A stretch of DNA of 64,000 bases from Guillardia theta CCMP2712 (lineage: Eukaryota; Protista; Cryptophyta): positions 1,277,433 to 1,341,432 of the forward strand of contig NW_005434673.1 of the NCBI RefSeq assembly GCF_000315625.1, written 5' to 3'. The notes beneath the pieces were generated by a model, which saw only the letters and a program-made list of their open reading frames with translations, ran no database searches and was not told the DNA's origin. Within the stretch, counting starts at the first letter, position 1, and the number at the start of each line of letters is the position of its first letter. The translations under genes were made by a program, and so were the position numbers. Shown here one piece after another: positions 47,462 through 59,317 of the stretch.

Positions 47462-50400
47462 CTAATTGAAGTAGAAACCATCCATGCCATGCTGCAGAGC
47501 TGTCTTGAGCCGGCACGCGAGTATTTCTGTCGACGAGTACTCAGGGAGCTTGAGGAAATGGAAGCAGGTGTTGGCTGAAGGAAAGTGATCATCAGGGTCA
47601 TTCTCGCAATGCTTCCTGACTACGGTGAGCTTCGGGTCCAAGTTCTTGAGGCCTCCCGGTGGCAGAACCCTGACTCCAGTCACAAACCGCAGAAAATCTT
47701 TCCTTTCCCGCTCGTCGAGATCACACAAGACGTGAACTAGATGCTGAAAGGTGGAGCTTTCAATGTCGTAGCCGTTTCGTGGTTCTAGATGCTCCAGCAG
47801 ATCATTCTTGCTCCATGACACGTTGGACTCTCCAGACAGCATGCTGCGAAGCTCAGAAGGCGTGAAAGCCTTGAGGTGAGACTCTGGGAATACTTCTGAA
47901 ATCCCTTTACGGATGGCCTCGATCTGCTCGCAGATGCCTTCATCGAGCATGAAATTGTACATACGTTCGACATATTCATGCACGTTGTCAATGTCTACTG
48001 TGACGCTACCGCCATCAGGAATCAAGTCGTAGGATCTGAAGCCGTGAATGGTCGATGACGGGGCATACTGCATTGTGAGACAATAAACTTCAACGTCCGG
48101 CAGGCTTTGTAGCATTTCTTGTTTCCTGTGTGGATCTTCTTCGAGATCTGCTGATTTCTTGACAACTGCAACTTCATGTAGCTGTGCGAGATGTCTCGCC
48201 TTTTCTGGGTCGATGAAGGCAAGATCAGATGCATTCAGTGGGTAATGGCACAGGATCTTGAAGAGAGGATACGCTAACGGTAGACTGATCAACCTATTAT
48301 CAAGCAAGGCTTTTGCCAAGAATGTTCCAAGAAAACGAAATTTCTCCAAGATTGCATCCTTATTAGGGGCGTTTGGCGGAAGTGGAGCTGGGAATAGTCC
48401 GCAGTCACGATGTACATACCTGTTGACCTCGAAAGCGATCTCCAGGTCACCATCTGTCTTTGCCTTGGCCTTCTTCATAGGAGACAACGCGATTTCTGTA
48501 TCAAAAGTTTCAAAACTACTATTGCGATTCTTCTTCAATGTATTGTCCAGATCGTCGCAAATCCACATTCCAAGGTCTCTCTGTTGCAAGGCATCTGAAA
48601 CTAAGGAGTAGAATTCGTTGGTTACACCTGAGCCATGCCCTTCCTCGTCTGCGAAAGTGACCTCTAGGATAGCTTTTCGCTTAGCATGCACTTTCATAAC
48701 ACTCATTGCCCATTCCAGGATTTGGCTACCTCTTTTCACAACGACTCTCTCCTGCTTTAATTGCCCAAGAGATCTAGATGTGTCCTCTTCACGAGTTCGA
48801 GCATTTGCTCGCTGGCGCACCTGCATGAAAATATTTCAGTAACAAATAAATCGAACCACAAAACTAACCCGCTCTGGTGATTTATCTTGCGCAGATTGAA
48901 TCGCAGCAACACTTCGATCTACACCGAAGGAACAATGTGCGAAATATTGAAACCTGATTTCAAAAGGAAATACGGGTGCATACTTCGTCACGACCTCGTG
49001 ACACCATTTCGGCATAGACCCAGATGTAATGGCCAGAGGATCCGAAAGCTGTTGCTTCAACTTATTGGAAAGCTTTTGATTAATCAATTCCTGCGCAATA
49101 TCCTGATGTATCGAGTTCAAATCTTCCAGACTCTCGTTAACTATCTTTAAGAATTGTAAAATTCGATTAACTTTATCACTCAAGCCATGACTCGACATGA
49201 ATTCAGCAAGCATCATTTCTTGCCTGCTCAAATACGAGTCTCCATCAGATGAAATGTCATCTTTGCTTTTTGCTGAACGGGACGGCAACGATTTTGTGAC
49301 AGGATCTCCGTAAAATGAATTGTATGCTGCTATGATCTTTGAGCAATTATTCCGTTTAGACACCTGCTTCACGTTCCCGGACAGTTTCCATAGTTTGAGC
49401 CAATCAGAAGTGGCACGTTCTTGCATGCATAATACGACCTCTCCTTTCGATAAGGTATCACTTCCGAGATGTTCAGCGACATATGCAGGCGTCCATGGAA
49501 GGCTGTCACCTGCATGCGGATCATCAGATTCGCGCGCTAGGCGATATGTGATAGTGAATGTCGTATCCCATATCTTATTGGTTGAGGTACATGAGGCTGG
49601 ATTTTGTGATGAATAAAACTTCTTGTGCACAACCCGAAAAATGGTTGATTCTAAATCCAGCAATTCTGCACGGTCAACATGGACCGCATCGCACGAAATA
49701 CGAACACTGTTTGCATCAGAGGGCATCGAAATGAAAAGGGCAAGTCGTTGCCGTGAGGACTTTTCTGGGCTCCGCACCTGCTGCGTAGAGTTGTTTCGAA
49801 CTGTCCCTGGATCTTCAATTTCCAGAGTAACCGGCTGTTCGGTTGTAGTACGGTTCCTGCGAGGATCAAACGCAGCTTCGAGTGACGAAAATTCTCTCTT
49901 CAGCGTCACATGTGATTCCCAAGTGTGAGAACGATCTGTGAAAGTGTTCTCAGAATGTGAAATCTGTCGACAAGGAAGCATGCGCCGCTTGGCCCCAGGT
50001 TTTCGAATCACGTAGAATGTGTGACCCTCTTCTGCATGCACATCATCCAAGTAACAACCTTCGCAAAGATCATAATCCTTGCAAACAGAACATCGAAAGC
50101 GATTTCCAACGAGGGGAAACTTCACACAGCCGTCGCATTGTACACTTGAATGTGTGAGGTTCACTTCGCTGTCGTCATCTACTTCTTCATCGCTATCGAC
50201 TGGGCTCGGGGTGGAGTCATCAAACAACTTCAAATCATAGCAGTTCTGGGCTCCCATTCTATACCTATTTGATTCACCGTTTTCCCAGCGTACTTCCACC
50301 CAGCCTTCATTGATTTCTGTTTGCACAATTCCAACTTCTCCCTGCCCTCCATCCTGGCTACCCCATTTCCAATCGAATCCCCTTACAACTTTTGTTCCAA

Positions 50401-53400
50401 CTTGAAATTTGTGCACTTGTCGCCTTGCCTCCAGACGTGCGGATGCTTCGATTTCCATCAACTGCTTTCCTGGTCTATCAAGGGCAACAGAGGTAACTGT
50501 ACCATATATTTCAAATCCAGAAAGTGATAGGTAATTCTTCCCGCCAGCATTTCGCCCTGTTTGTATTATTCGTACATACCTCCAACCATGTGAAGTCTCT
50601 GGTGTATCCAAATCCCATGTGTATGTCGAGCCAGGTTCCACCATGCCCTGATCATTGTCATGCGATCGGATTGTAGTCCAATTAACACCATCCGTCGACA
50701 TTTGCAACTGCCATGTCCTCAGAGCTGACCTCCCATATCCGCATGCATGGCGGAGTGTATATGCAGATGGGATCAAGTTCAATCCTAAATCGATAATAAA
50801 CCATGAGCTTGATCGATCCTTCGTGTGGCAATTTTGCGCATCAGACGACCTGCTAAGAATATCTTCAACTTTGCCGTAAGGTAACGTGCGGCCATCGGAT
50901 GATGTTATGAATACTAGACCATGTGAAGCAGGATTTATCCATTCCTTTGAACCTCCGTTCGAGCCGATGAAGTAGATTACTCCGTTTTTGTCAAAATCTC
51001 GGCTGTAAATGAATTCATGTTTCTCCTCACTGTCATCAAGAATCCGGAAAAAATTCATTTCACATCTGTCATGATCATACCATTGCGGTACAACTCTTCT
51101 CAAAAGAAATTCCTCAATCGTTGAAACTGTAACTAGCGGCTCAACCTTCATTGTTTTCCCAGTCCAATCGAGAAGCTCCTTTTCACCAGGTGCCCGCCGC
51201 AGACTTATGTTCAACGGAGTTTTGATAGAATCTATGCAAGAAGATGAGTTGTTCGATGAATGTGAATAAATCGGTAATCTCTCAATACACGACAAAATGG
51301 TTTGAAGCTTCCTCAACAGGGTGACAAGCGGTGAGCCGCCTTCACTGTTGGTATCACGCAACAATGTTGTCAGCAGAATCGTTCGTCGTTTCAGCAATGA
51401 GTCCTCAAGATTTGAGAATTCGTCGTTTGGGTCTTTGTATAGCAATAGCACGATAAGAGCCTCAATTACACCTGCATTCTCCAATTCGAATGGTGAGACA
51501 ACGTTTTCAACTTGAAGAAATCGAACAAGATCTTGGAGGACTGCCTCGATTTCGGAACTTGTTGGGGTCAACCCATTGACGCCTGGAATGAATAGTTGAA
51601 TTATACGATCACAAACGCTTCTCAATTCAGCAACCAAACCAATTGGAGTGGCAGTACGTTTAGTGAAATACTTGTCCAAGACATTTCTGGCAAAATATGC
51701 CAAATCCTGCTTTTTGGGATTCGAATCTGAATTGCTTGACAACATTTCCACATTGTTGACGATGCCTTCCCGAAGTAGCAAATGGAAAAAGTCATCAGGG
51801 CATCTACGCATCACATCCCGCACAATTTTGATTCCTATCTTCAAAAATCCAATCTCCTCATCTGCTGGAAGTACCATTGCAAGAAAGTCAACCAAAAGAT
51901 TTCCAAATTCACGTTGCGAGTAACTGCTGTTCTTGAGCTTGCTTCCAGATTTCACAGGGCTTACAATAACAGAATCATCTGATTCCCAATCAGCAGCACA
52001 TTTGTGTAAAAGATTTGAGAGCAGTTCGCGAGAGCAGAGTGAAATCATTTTTGAAATCAGTGTTATGGCATTCTTCCTTACGGGCATCTGCATAGTGTTC
52101 TGATACCTCCGAACAAGAATAGGTAGAAAACGAACAAGAAAACCTACAACATATTCTCCATATTCACATAAATTCAGCGAAGGGTCTTCCTCTTCACTCT
52201 CGTCATTCCCCAGCATTCCTGGATTAGATATGAGATTTTGCTTTGCATTCGATTCGGCAGCTTCCAAAATCCTTATCACCTACAGCAACATCAAAAACTG
52301 CTGCTCTTCGATAATTAAAGTGTACCTCTTCATGTTGACCTTCTTTGAGTATATTTGATGAGCTTCGAGCCTGATCCAATGCTGTCTTCCCTTCAAGATC
52401 AACTTTGAGAGGCTCCGCTCCATGTTTTAGGAGAAGCTCGACCATTCTTGGCCTTCCAAATCTTGCTGCATAATGCAAAGGTGGATTTCTTCCCAGGTTT
52501 GGATCTGCTCCATTTCTAATCAAATATTCTGCCATATCCTCGGTTCCAGAGTATGCCACCCACACAAGAATCGTTTGACCAAAAGGATCAGCAAAGTTCA
52601 CATCTGTACCGTTCTCTATTGCCTCAATCAGGGATTCCAAATTATTGTTTCGAATCGCATCGATTGCTCCCAAGTCTCGAGAATGACTATCATCATAAAC
52701 CGTTCTATCATCTTGTGATCCATGTGATTTCTGGATGCCATCGTACCCTTTGAAAAGAAAGGTAACAATTAAATCCATAAGACCTAATACAGACAAGCTT
52801 GTCTTTTCATCTTCACGAGCTGCAAGCACCACCCTAATTGCATTTACAATCGGCCCTTCCAGAACGGTTTCGGCGAGACTCTTCGAACCTCTCAACAATG
52901 AAAGCAGCAAATGTACGACTTTTCCTATGGGAAATGCGATATCTTGTTCACTATGGTCGAGCTCTTCTCTTGTAGCCATCAGCTTGATCAGATTGTCGAC
53001 CAGTCCGTGTTCGTTGAGTCTCTTTAAATCAACGTTTGCATGAGAAAGCATGTCCACTAGAGTGCTCAATGATTCGATAGCATGGTCGACAACAACGGTA
53101 TCCTTGTGGTCAAGAAAAGCTGTGAGCGATGCAACACACGAAGAAAAAGCCGGGTGGTCAGCCTTGAGACGGCGGCAAAGCATGGAAGCTACTGACAGAG
53201 AGCTTTGCAACGTATCTTTGTGCAAGGTTGATGCGTTCGCATTGACAAAGTTCAACAAGCTTTGTAGCCCATCTGCTTCAAATACAGCCCTAGCTTCACG
53301 TCGGCAAAGCAGCTCCAACACCTTGACAGATTGCTCTGCAACGTCCCTGAGCAAACACAGATTGTCAGCTGGAATTTAACGGAAGAGGCTAGTAAAAGCA

Positions 53401-53830
53401 TCAAATGTTGAACTCGATCTTACCTCGACATTCGAATCATGTCCAAATCATTTGAATCTTTGATAGGAAAAAGAACCAAGGCTTTGCAGAAGGATTTCAC
53501 TGCACCATTGACCTCCACGACCTTTCTGGCCGTGCTGTCCACATGGACATCAAGGAAATAGGTTATTGCTCTTGCAGCACTTTCCAACACTTCAAGCGGC
53601 GCATTGGTATCCATGAAAACATGGCATAGGGCAGGAAGAAATGTACCTGGACGATATTTCTGAAAAATGACATCTACATTATCACACGTCAATATGTCCA
53701 TATTGAAAAGCTCCAAAGCATCTTTTTGGCGCTGGTAATCTGCCGCCAAACTGCCTTCATCTTTCACCTCGTCCGTGCTGCCTTTAAGGCCCGCAAGTAT
53801 ATCTTCTGGGTCCACCTCTATCCCGAACAT
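47462..53830 (-). CDS. HECTD1: HECTD1-like E3 ubiquitin ligase (ARM, ankyrin, SUN/discoidin-like, MIB_HERC2, ZZ, HECT), about 4 exons
   Basis: EVDPEDIL..PGTFLPALCHVF..LESAARAITYFLDV; PLHYAARFGRP; DFDKNGVIYFIGSNG, LPYGKVEDILSR, PSAYTLRHACGYGRSALR; VVRGFDWKWGSQDGG; catalytic FPSANTCFHFLKLPEYS...GFYFN*. Confidence 0.92.
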
Positions 53831-54269
53831 ATCATCGACGTGCCTTAAGGCAAGTACACAGCCTATGTTGTGCAAAAGATCAGCAATGGTCAAACTTCCG
53901 AACATGATGGAGTGAGAGCGCGAGATAACTTTGTTCAAGAAAGAAAGCATAACGCAAAAGGATCACGTGTGAAAGATTTTCCTTGCTAAATCATCCAAAT
54001 TTCCTCAATCTTTAGAGCTTTGTAGCATCACACCAATACAGGATGACAAGATTACACGAACCAGACAAAAACAGCATTTTTCTACGTATGTCGCATACAA
54101 GCGTCAAGGCAAACCAATGCATCGCAACAGAACTAAAAAGCTGAAACAAAAGAGAAGCGCGTGCCATTGGAAAGGGATGATGGAAGTGGAGACAGCCATG
54201 GTCAGCCGCATGTTGCGTCTCCCCAGACTGTTGCCATGCACGACATGTTTGCTGCAGCCAACAGACCGA

Positions 54270-55215
54270 ACCCCTGAGGGAGGAGGGGGTGAAGGGTGAA
54301 AGGGGGTGGGTCATTGGATGACAATGGTGAAGAAAGGGGAAATGGGGGGTGGGGGTACATTGTTCCGCGTTACATTTGAGGACTGGATCCCTTATTAGCT
54401 GTAGGGTGGGGTGGGGTCCAGCCAAAAGGGTACAGGAAACCAAAAAGTGGCCGAAAGCCAGTGGGGTGGTAACAGAATACTATCAAAGGGTGGGGTGTTT
54501 TCCTTGACCATTGACGGGTTGATGCTAAAAAAGTAGTTGACACCTGGTAGGGTACTCTGAACACACCTGGTAGGGTACTCTGAAGATTCACAGGAGGGTC
54601 TTCGAAGCATGGGGTAGGTAGTTTGTGGCGATCTCAGGGGTCAGGGGTCTATAGGGCTTCCTTTATTAAAAAAAAAGAGCTACAATCTGGACCGATCTTG
54701 TTTGTTGGGGTGGTACTACTATGACGACAATATGGAAAGAGGGGTGCACTAGCTCAAAATGTTTCGTTCTGGAAGGGTGGGTACTGAAACTATGGAGGTG
54801 GGGGTATCAATATAGATGCTTCTTCTTTTTATCAGGCTTGACCAAATCTTTTATGCAATAAATTGCACAATCAAGCCAAATGATATTCATTAAATTCAAA
54901 TACTGAAAACATTTGAATTTCATCTCAACTTCAAATGTTGAAGGAACAATCCTGCGCCCCTACGATCTCATCGTGTACTTCACCCCCATGGATTGGTCTA
55001 CCCCTACCAACCTCGAGGTTGGTAGGGGTAGACCCATTGGTGAGTATTACCCCCATATATTCCCACATAAATCCCGTTATCTTAACCCGTACTGTTTCAC
55101 TGTACCCGTCTGATTGCCTCTACTACCCCACCTGTTCCAAGAGAAGGGATCACAGATACTTCCAGCACCCACCCAGGGAGATCCCGATCAGAAGACCCAC
55201 GGGGGGGGTGGGGTA
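54270..55215. promoter_or_regulatory. Divergent intergenic region: GGGGT field, AT-rich centre, TACCCC field
   Basis: G-motifs on + at 54270-54810, AT-rich 54820-54935, C-motifs on + at 54955-55200. Confidence 0.4.
54540..54583. repeat. 21-nt direct repeat x2 (23-nt period)
   Basis: acacctggtagggtactctga occurs twice. Confidence 0.85.
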
Positions 55216-55525
55216 ATCAGATGATGATGTGAAAATTGATTTGGCGTGCACACAATTCTTCCTCCCATCACACAACATATTCTTCTCTCGTTCTTGTATC
55301 CTCCCCTCCTCCTCCTCTCCTCCCATCTCCCACCCCATCTCCCGCCCCACCTCCTCGCTTTCCTACCATGATACCTCCTGCTCGTCAAAATCGCCCCTGA
55401 TCCTGGCTTCAAGTAGCGTTCTTTCGAAGTGTTGAGTCCAATTCCAATCGCACCACAAGAATCTCACCACCAGACTCCTTCTCTGCATTACTGAGAGAAT
55501 TTCAAAGGTTTCTTTTGAAACAAAC

Positions 55526-57653
55526 ATGGAAGAAGAGATTAATTTGACTTCGCGCATGTTGTTGGACGACGACGATTCAAGCTCAGGAGAATTTGAATTT
55601 GAATATCGACGACCAATCGATGCTGGGCAAGGACCGATGTTGAGAGGAGAAGACTGGAATTTCGACCAAGATGCAGTCGTTTCAGATCTATCTTATACCG
55701 TTGTGAGCCCAGCGAACTTGCATACAAGTGATGAAGTTAGCAGAAGCTTTGAAGACTCTGCTGAAGATGTTTCATATCACGTGGATACAAGTTCTCTCGA
55801 AGATAGTCTATATCACGAGGATGCAAGTTATGGCCTTTCGCCTACACAGAGTGCATTTACGATTCCATCTTTGAACAATTTAGCCACATTGAGGAACATA
55901 GAAAATATCAGAGAATCTTTGACAAGTGTGAAAGTCAAAAAAAGTGTTTCAAACACAGAAATCAATCCATGTGATTGGATGCAATACGTAATAGATCCTC
56001 TGCTTGTCAATTCAGCAAAGGGAAAGATCTCAAAATGCAAACGAGGACAACCTGTAATACTAGACTCCAACTACGCAAAAACTCATGACAAGGTGATTAC
56101 CTCCACCATTGAATTTCTGTTGTTGTGAGAATGTGATACTCAGCTCAAACTGAGGAATGACATAGGAATCCTGTCTAGAAGGGTTGAGGTGCGAGATCTT
56201 TGTAGTATCTTCATCAGATCATACCTGTCTCAAGGCAGGGTTATGGGCTGTCATCTTCCCCCATGTTACAGGCGAAATCGTGGTCCACTGCGGGAAAGAT
56301 AAAAAACATGGTCTTATATATGCCTGTTCTGTACCTGGAATGTCGATTCCAGCTTCTGATGTTAGAAGAAGGAAAGAGCAAGAGGTGCCCCGCAGTGTAT
56401 CGCATATCTCAAATTGATTTTCTTCCTTCTTGTGCAGAGAACATTGTTTGGCAAAGAAATAGGATCGAACAGAGGGCTTGTCAGCTTGATATCACATGAT
56501 AGTGTGACTCCTGGGACTTGGAGCTCTGGAAATTCCCTGATGTGCAAAAGAGTTGGGTTGTACACATCTGACAAGCCATCATCGGAATGCAACCTCCTCG
56601 AACTTTCCAACAAGTTACACATCTTCTACTCGATCGTTGATCCAAAATATCTTTCAAAAGTATCTCAAATGGTCCTCAGGAGGGGATGGAATCCGATGCC
56701 TTGGTTGACTTTTTCGAGCAGGCTTTGCAGTTCTATGGAAATGTTGAGAGGTTGAATCAGATATTGCAAAACAAATACCGTGGATGCGACCTTGATACTT
56801 CCAAGGATGAACTGCCATCAAGTAAGAACGCGATCTTCTCACTGTCTTGATGATCCCCAAGTGAATTTGGGAAGCAGCTTCCTCGAACAGAGATCACACA
56901 ACAATGAAATTTCCACTTGAATCATCCATGGTGCGGTCGAGACATGCTTTTTTCTTGATCGTGATGAATGGTCTACAGAAGCGAACTTACAAGATGGAAA
57001 TTTTCGGCTGGAAACATCAAATTCTTCTGCTAGTAATCAGGAGTGACTTATTGTTCAAAGTTGACGCTCACAAACAGAAGAGAGATAGTCAAGGAATTCC
57101 TCGCTCGTTGAGTACGATATTGACCGACGAAGTCGTTTACTCAGGCGATCCGAACTTTTCTATTGTGGAATGATATTGATGCAAGATTAACTTCAGATTC
57201 AGAGAAAATTAGTATGATCATCGAGAAAGGGGAACCGGTTTGTTCGAAAGCTCTACCAGTTGTGCCTGAATGAGTTCAGATAAACGATTTGGTGATCGAT
57301 GGGATTCCTTGGAAGCATGGCAGTTGTGTCAGACATTGCCGGAGAGGAGTGAGAGTTATGCTGGTGTGCATGTTCACATGATTTGCTTTAAAGAGTCCTG
57401 AGAGTGTATTACACAGCGAGAATCTTTCCGCCGAGGTTGTCACGAGCTGAAGAAGTTGCGATACGAGTTGAACGGGGACCGAGTTGTCGGAGTGTTGGAG
57501 GTGAAAGGGACTCCTGTCGACGCTGATCGAGTACTGAATCTTCAATCTTCAGGGACGTGTACAACCTGGGGAGTGGAGAGTGACTTTTCCTCTTACCCAC
57601 AGTCCTGTTCGACTGCCAGTTGGGAGTGGCGGGGAGTTCGCTCTACAGGTTAG
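55526..57653 (+). CDS. Multi-exon hypothetical protein, acidic N-terminus
   Basis: 200-aa first exon followed by a series of short exons and ~50-nt introns; no family recognised; 3' end uncertain. Confidence 0.55.
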
Positions 57654-59317
57654 AAGATTTTTTTTTTTTTTTGCTGAACAGATGAATGAGAAGAAGAATT
57701 GAAACAGTATGTGGACGATCTTGGATGGGCAGCGCGAAAGCATAAATATCAAAAGTAAAAGTGAAACGAGTTTATTTGTCTGTCTTTTGTTCATTTGGAT
57801 TGTTATGAGGTAGCTCACTGGGATGATGATCTTATTGATATTTCGCCATGCTCTTGTCTCATTTTCTAGCCCAGAGTTGTCGAGTACCATCATGACTGCA
57901 AAAGAAATCTACAGCGCTTTCCATTCACCATGCTTTTCTTCCCGATGTGGGTGTTAGTCCATGCTACATGAAACTCGTTCCTCTCTGTCAACATTCTTCA
58001 CTTGGCTTCATCAGCATGATAAAATATCTATCTTGATGATGATCAAATCTCTATCACGATAAAATAATTGTCAATCCCTAAACACTTCAGCTTCATCCCT
58101 GTCCTGATCCTCTTTCGTGCGTATTATCACCAATTCCTCCGCCTGCTAATAGTCCTGGCATTCTGCCACAATGTACCTTAATATAACTTTTCCATCCCCT
58201 TCGTCGTTGATATCCTCTTGATATTCTCTCCATGTTCTCTTCCTCCTCCTCTCATCATGCCGCTCATCGTGTTTGCCATACATCTCAGCCATGTTTCATG
58301 TTCCGTCCGGTCGACTGTTTCACAGGAATGGCCGAAACTTGGGCAAGTTGGTGGTAGGGTGGGTAAATTGGAGTTAGGGGTAGGCCAATGACAAGGGTAA
58401 TAATATTGGAGAAATGTGTCGTAAGGTAGGACAATATGCAAATTCTAATATACTCTTAATCGATAAATTTGCTTTCTATACGTACACAAATAACATAGGG
58501 AATGTGAATCGGCGGTATTAGCGACAGGGGGTAGGGTGGCTGTATATTGGGGGCGACACAGGTGGGCGCATGCGCGATACTACCGAAGGAAATGGAAGAA
58601 GCAAGGATGCAAGAGTTGGCAAGGGCGGAGGCGAGGACGAGGATGAGAGGAGTGAGGAGACGGCGATGATGAAGAACAGAGGTGTAGAAAGAAGCTCTGA
58701 GAGCCAGGGGGAGAAAGATAGGGGGAGGAGGGAGGCGAAGCGAAGGTAGGAGGTAAGAGGTGGGAGGCTCGTATTGTACATCTATCGGCACTTTAAACCG
58801 CCATAGGCTAAGACGAAGCAGGAGAGGCGATGATTCACTCGCCAACAAGAGAGGGATGGAAGAAGCAGTGACGAGATATCGAGACACAGGAAAGGAAAGG
58901 CAGGGGAGGAGATTTTCCCAGGAAGCACAGAGGGGGGGGTTGGGGAAGAAGGAAATCATCATGTATGGCAAAGAGATGTTGTGCTGTACAAAGATAGAGA
59001 GGAAGAGGGAGTCATTTCGATATGTAACTAGTCTAAGCCAGCGAAGCTTCTTCCGTTTCACAACGATAGTCTCGAGAGTTTGGGAAGAATTTGAGAAGAC
59101 CAGCACAGGCGAGAGAGAGACTAATTGGGCCAGGAATACATTGAATGGCGCCAGTGCATGCGAGATGTGCGCAACTGGTGCTCGTTGTGACTTGGTTGTT
59201 GTCAGATGAAGGACAGGGGCAAAACCCTTCACCTCTACAAGATGAGATGATATTGAGATGCGGTGACGCAACAGTCCTCATTTGATCGCAACATTTGCAA
59301 ACACCGAACTAAGAAAG

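Noticed and set aside
57700-58450. Possible minus-strand gene convergent with the 55.5 kb gene
   Set aside because: Fragmentary frames only; could not assemble a credible model.
58456-59281. 271-aa minus ORF, and a plus ORF with WARNTLNGASACEMC resembling a RanBP2 zinc finger
   Set aside because: The first Cys pair is missing, and the region is GA-rich sequence upstream of RPC1; not supportable.
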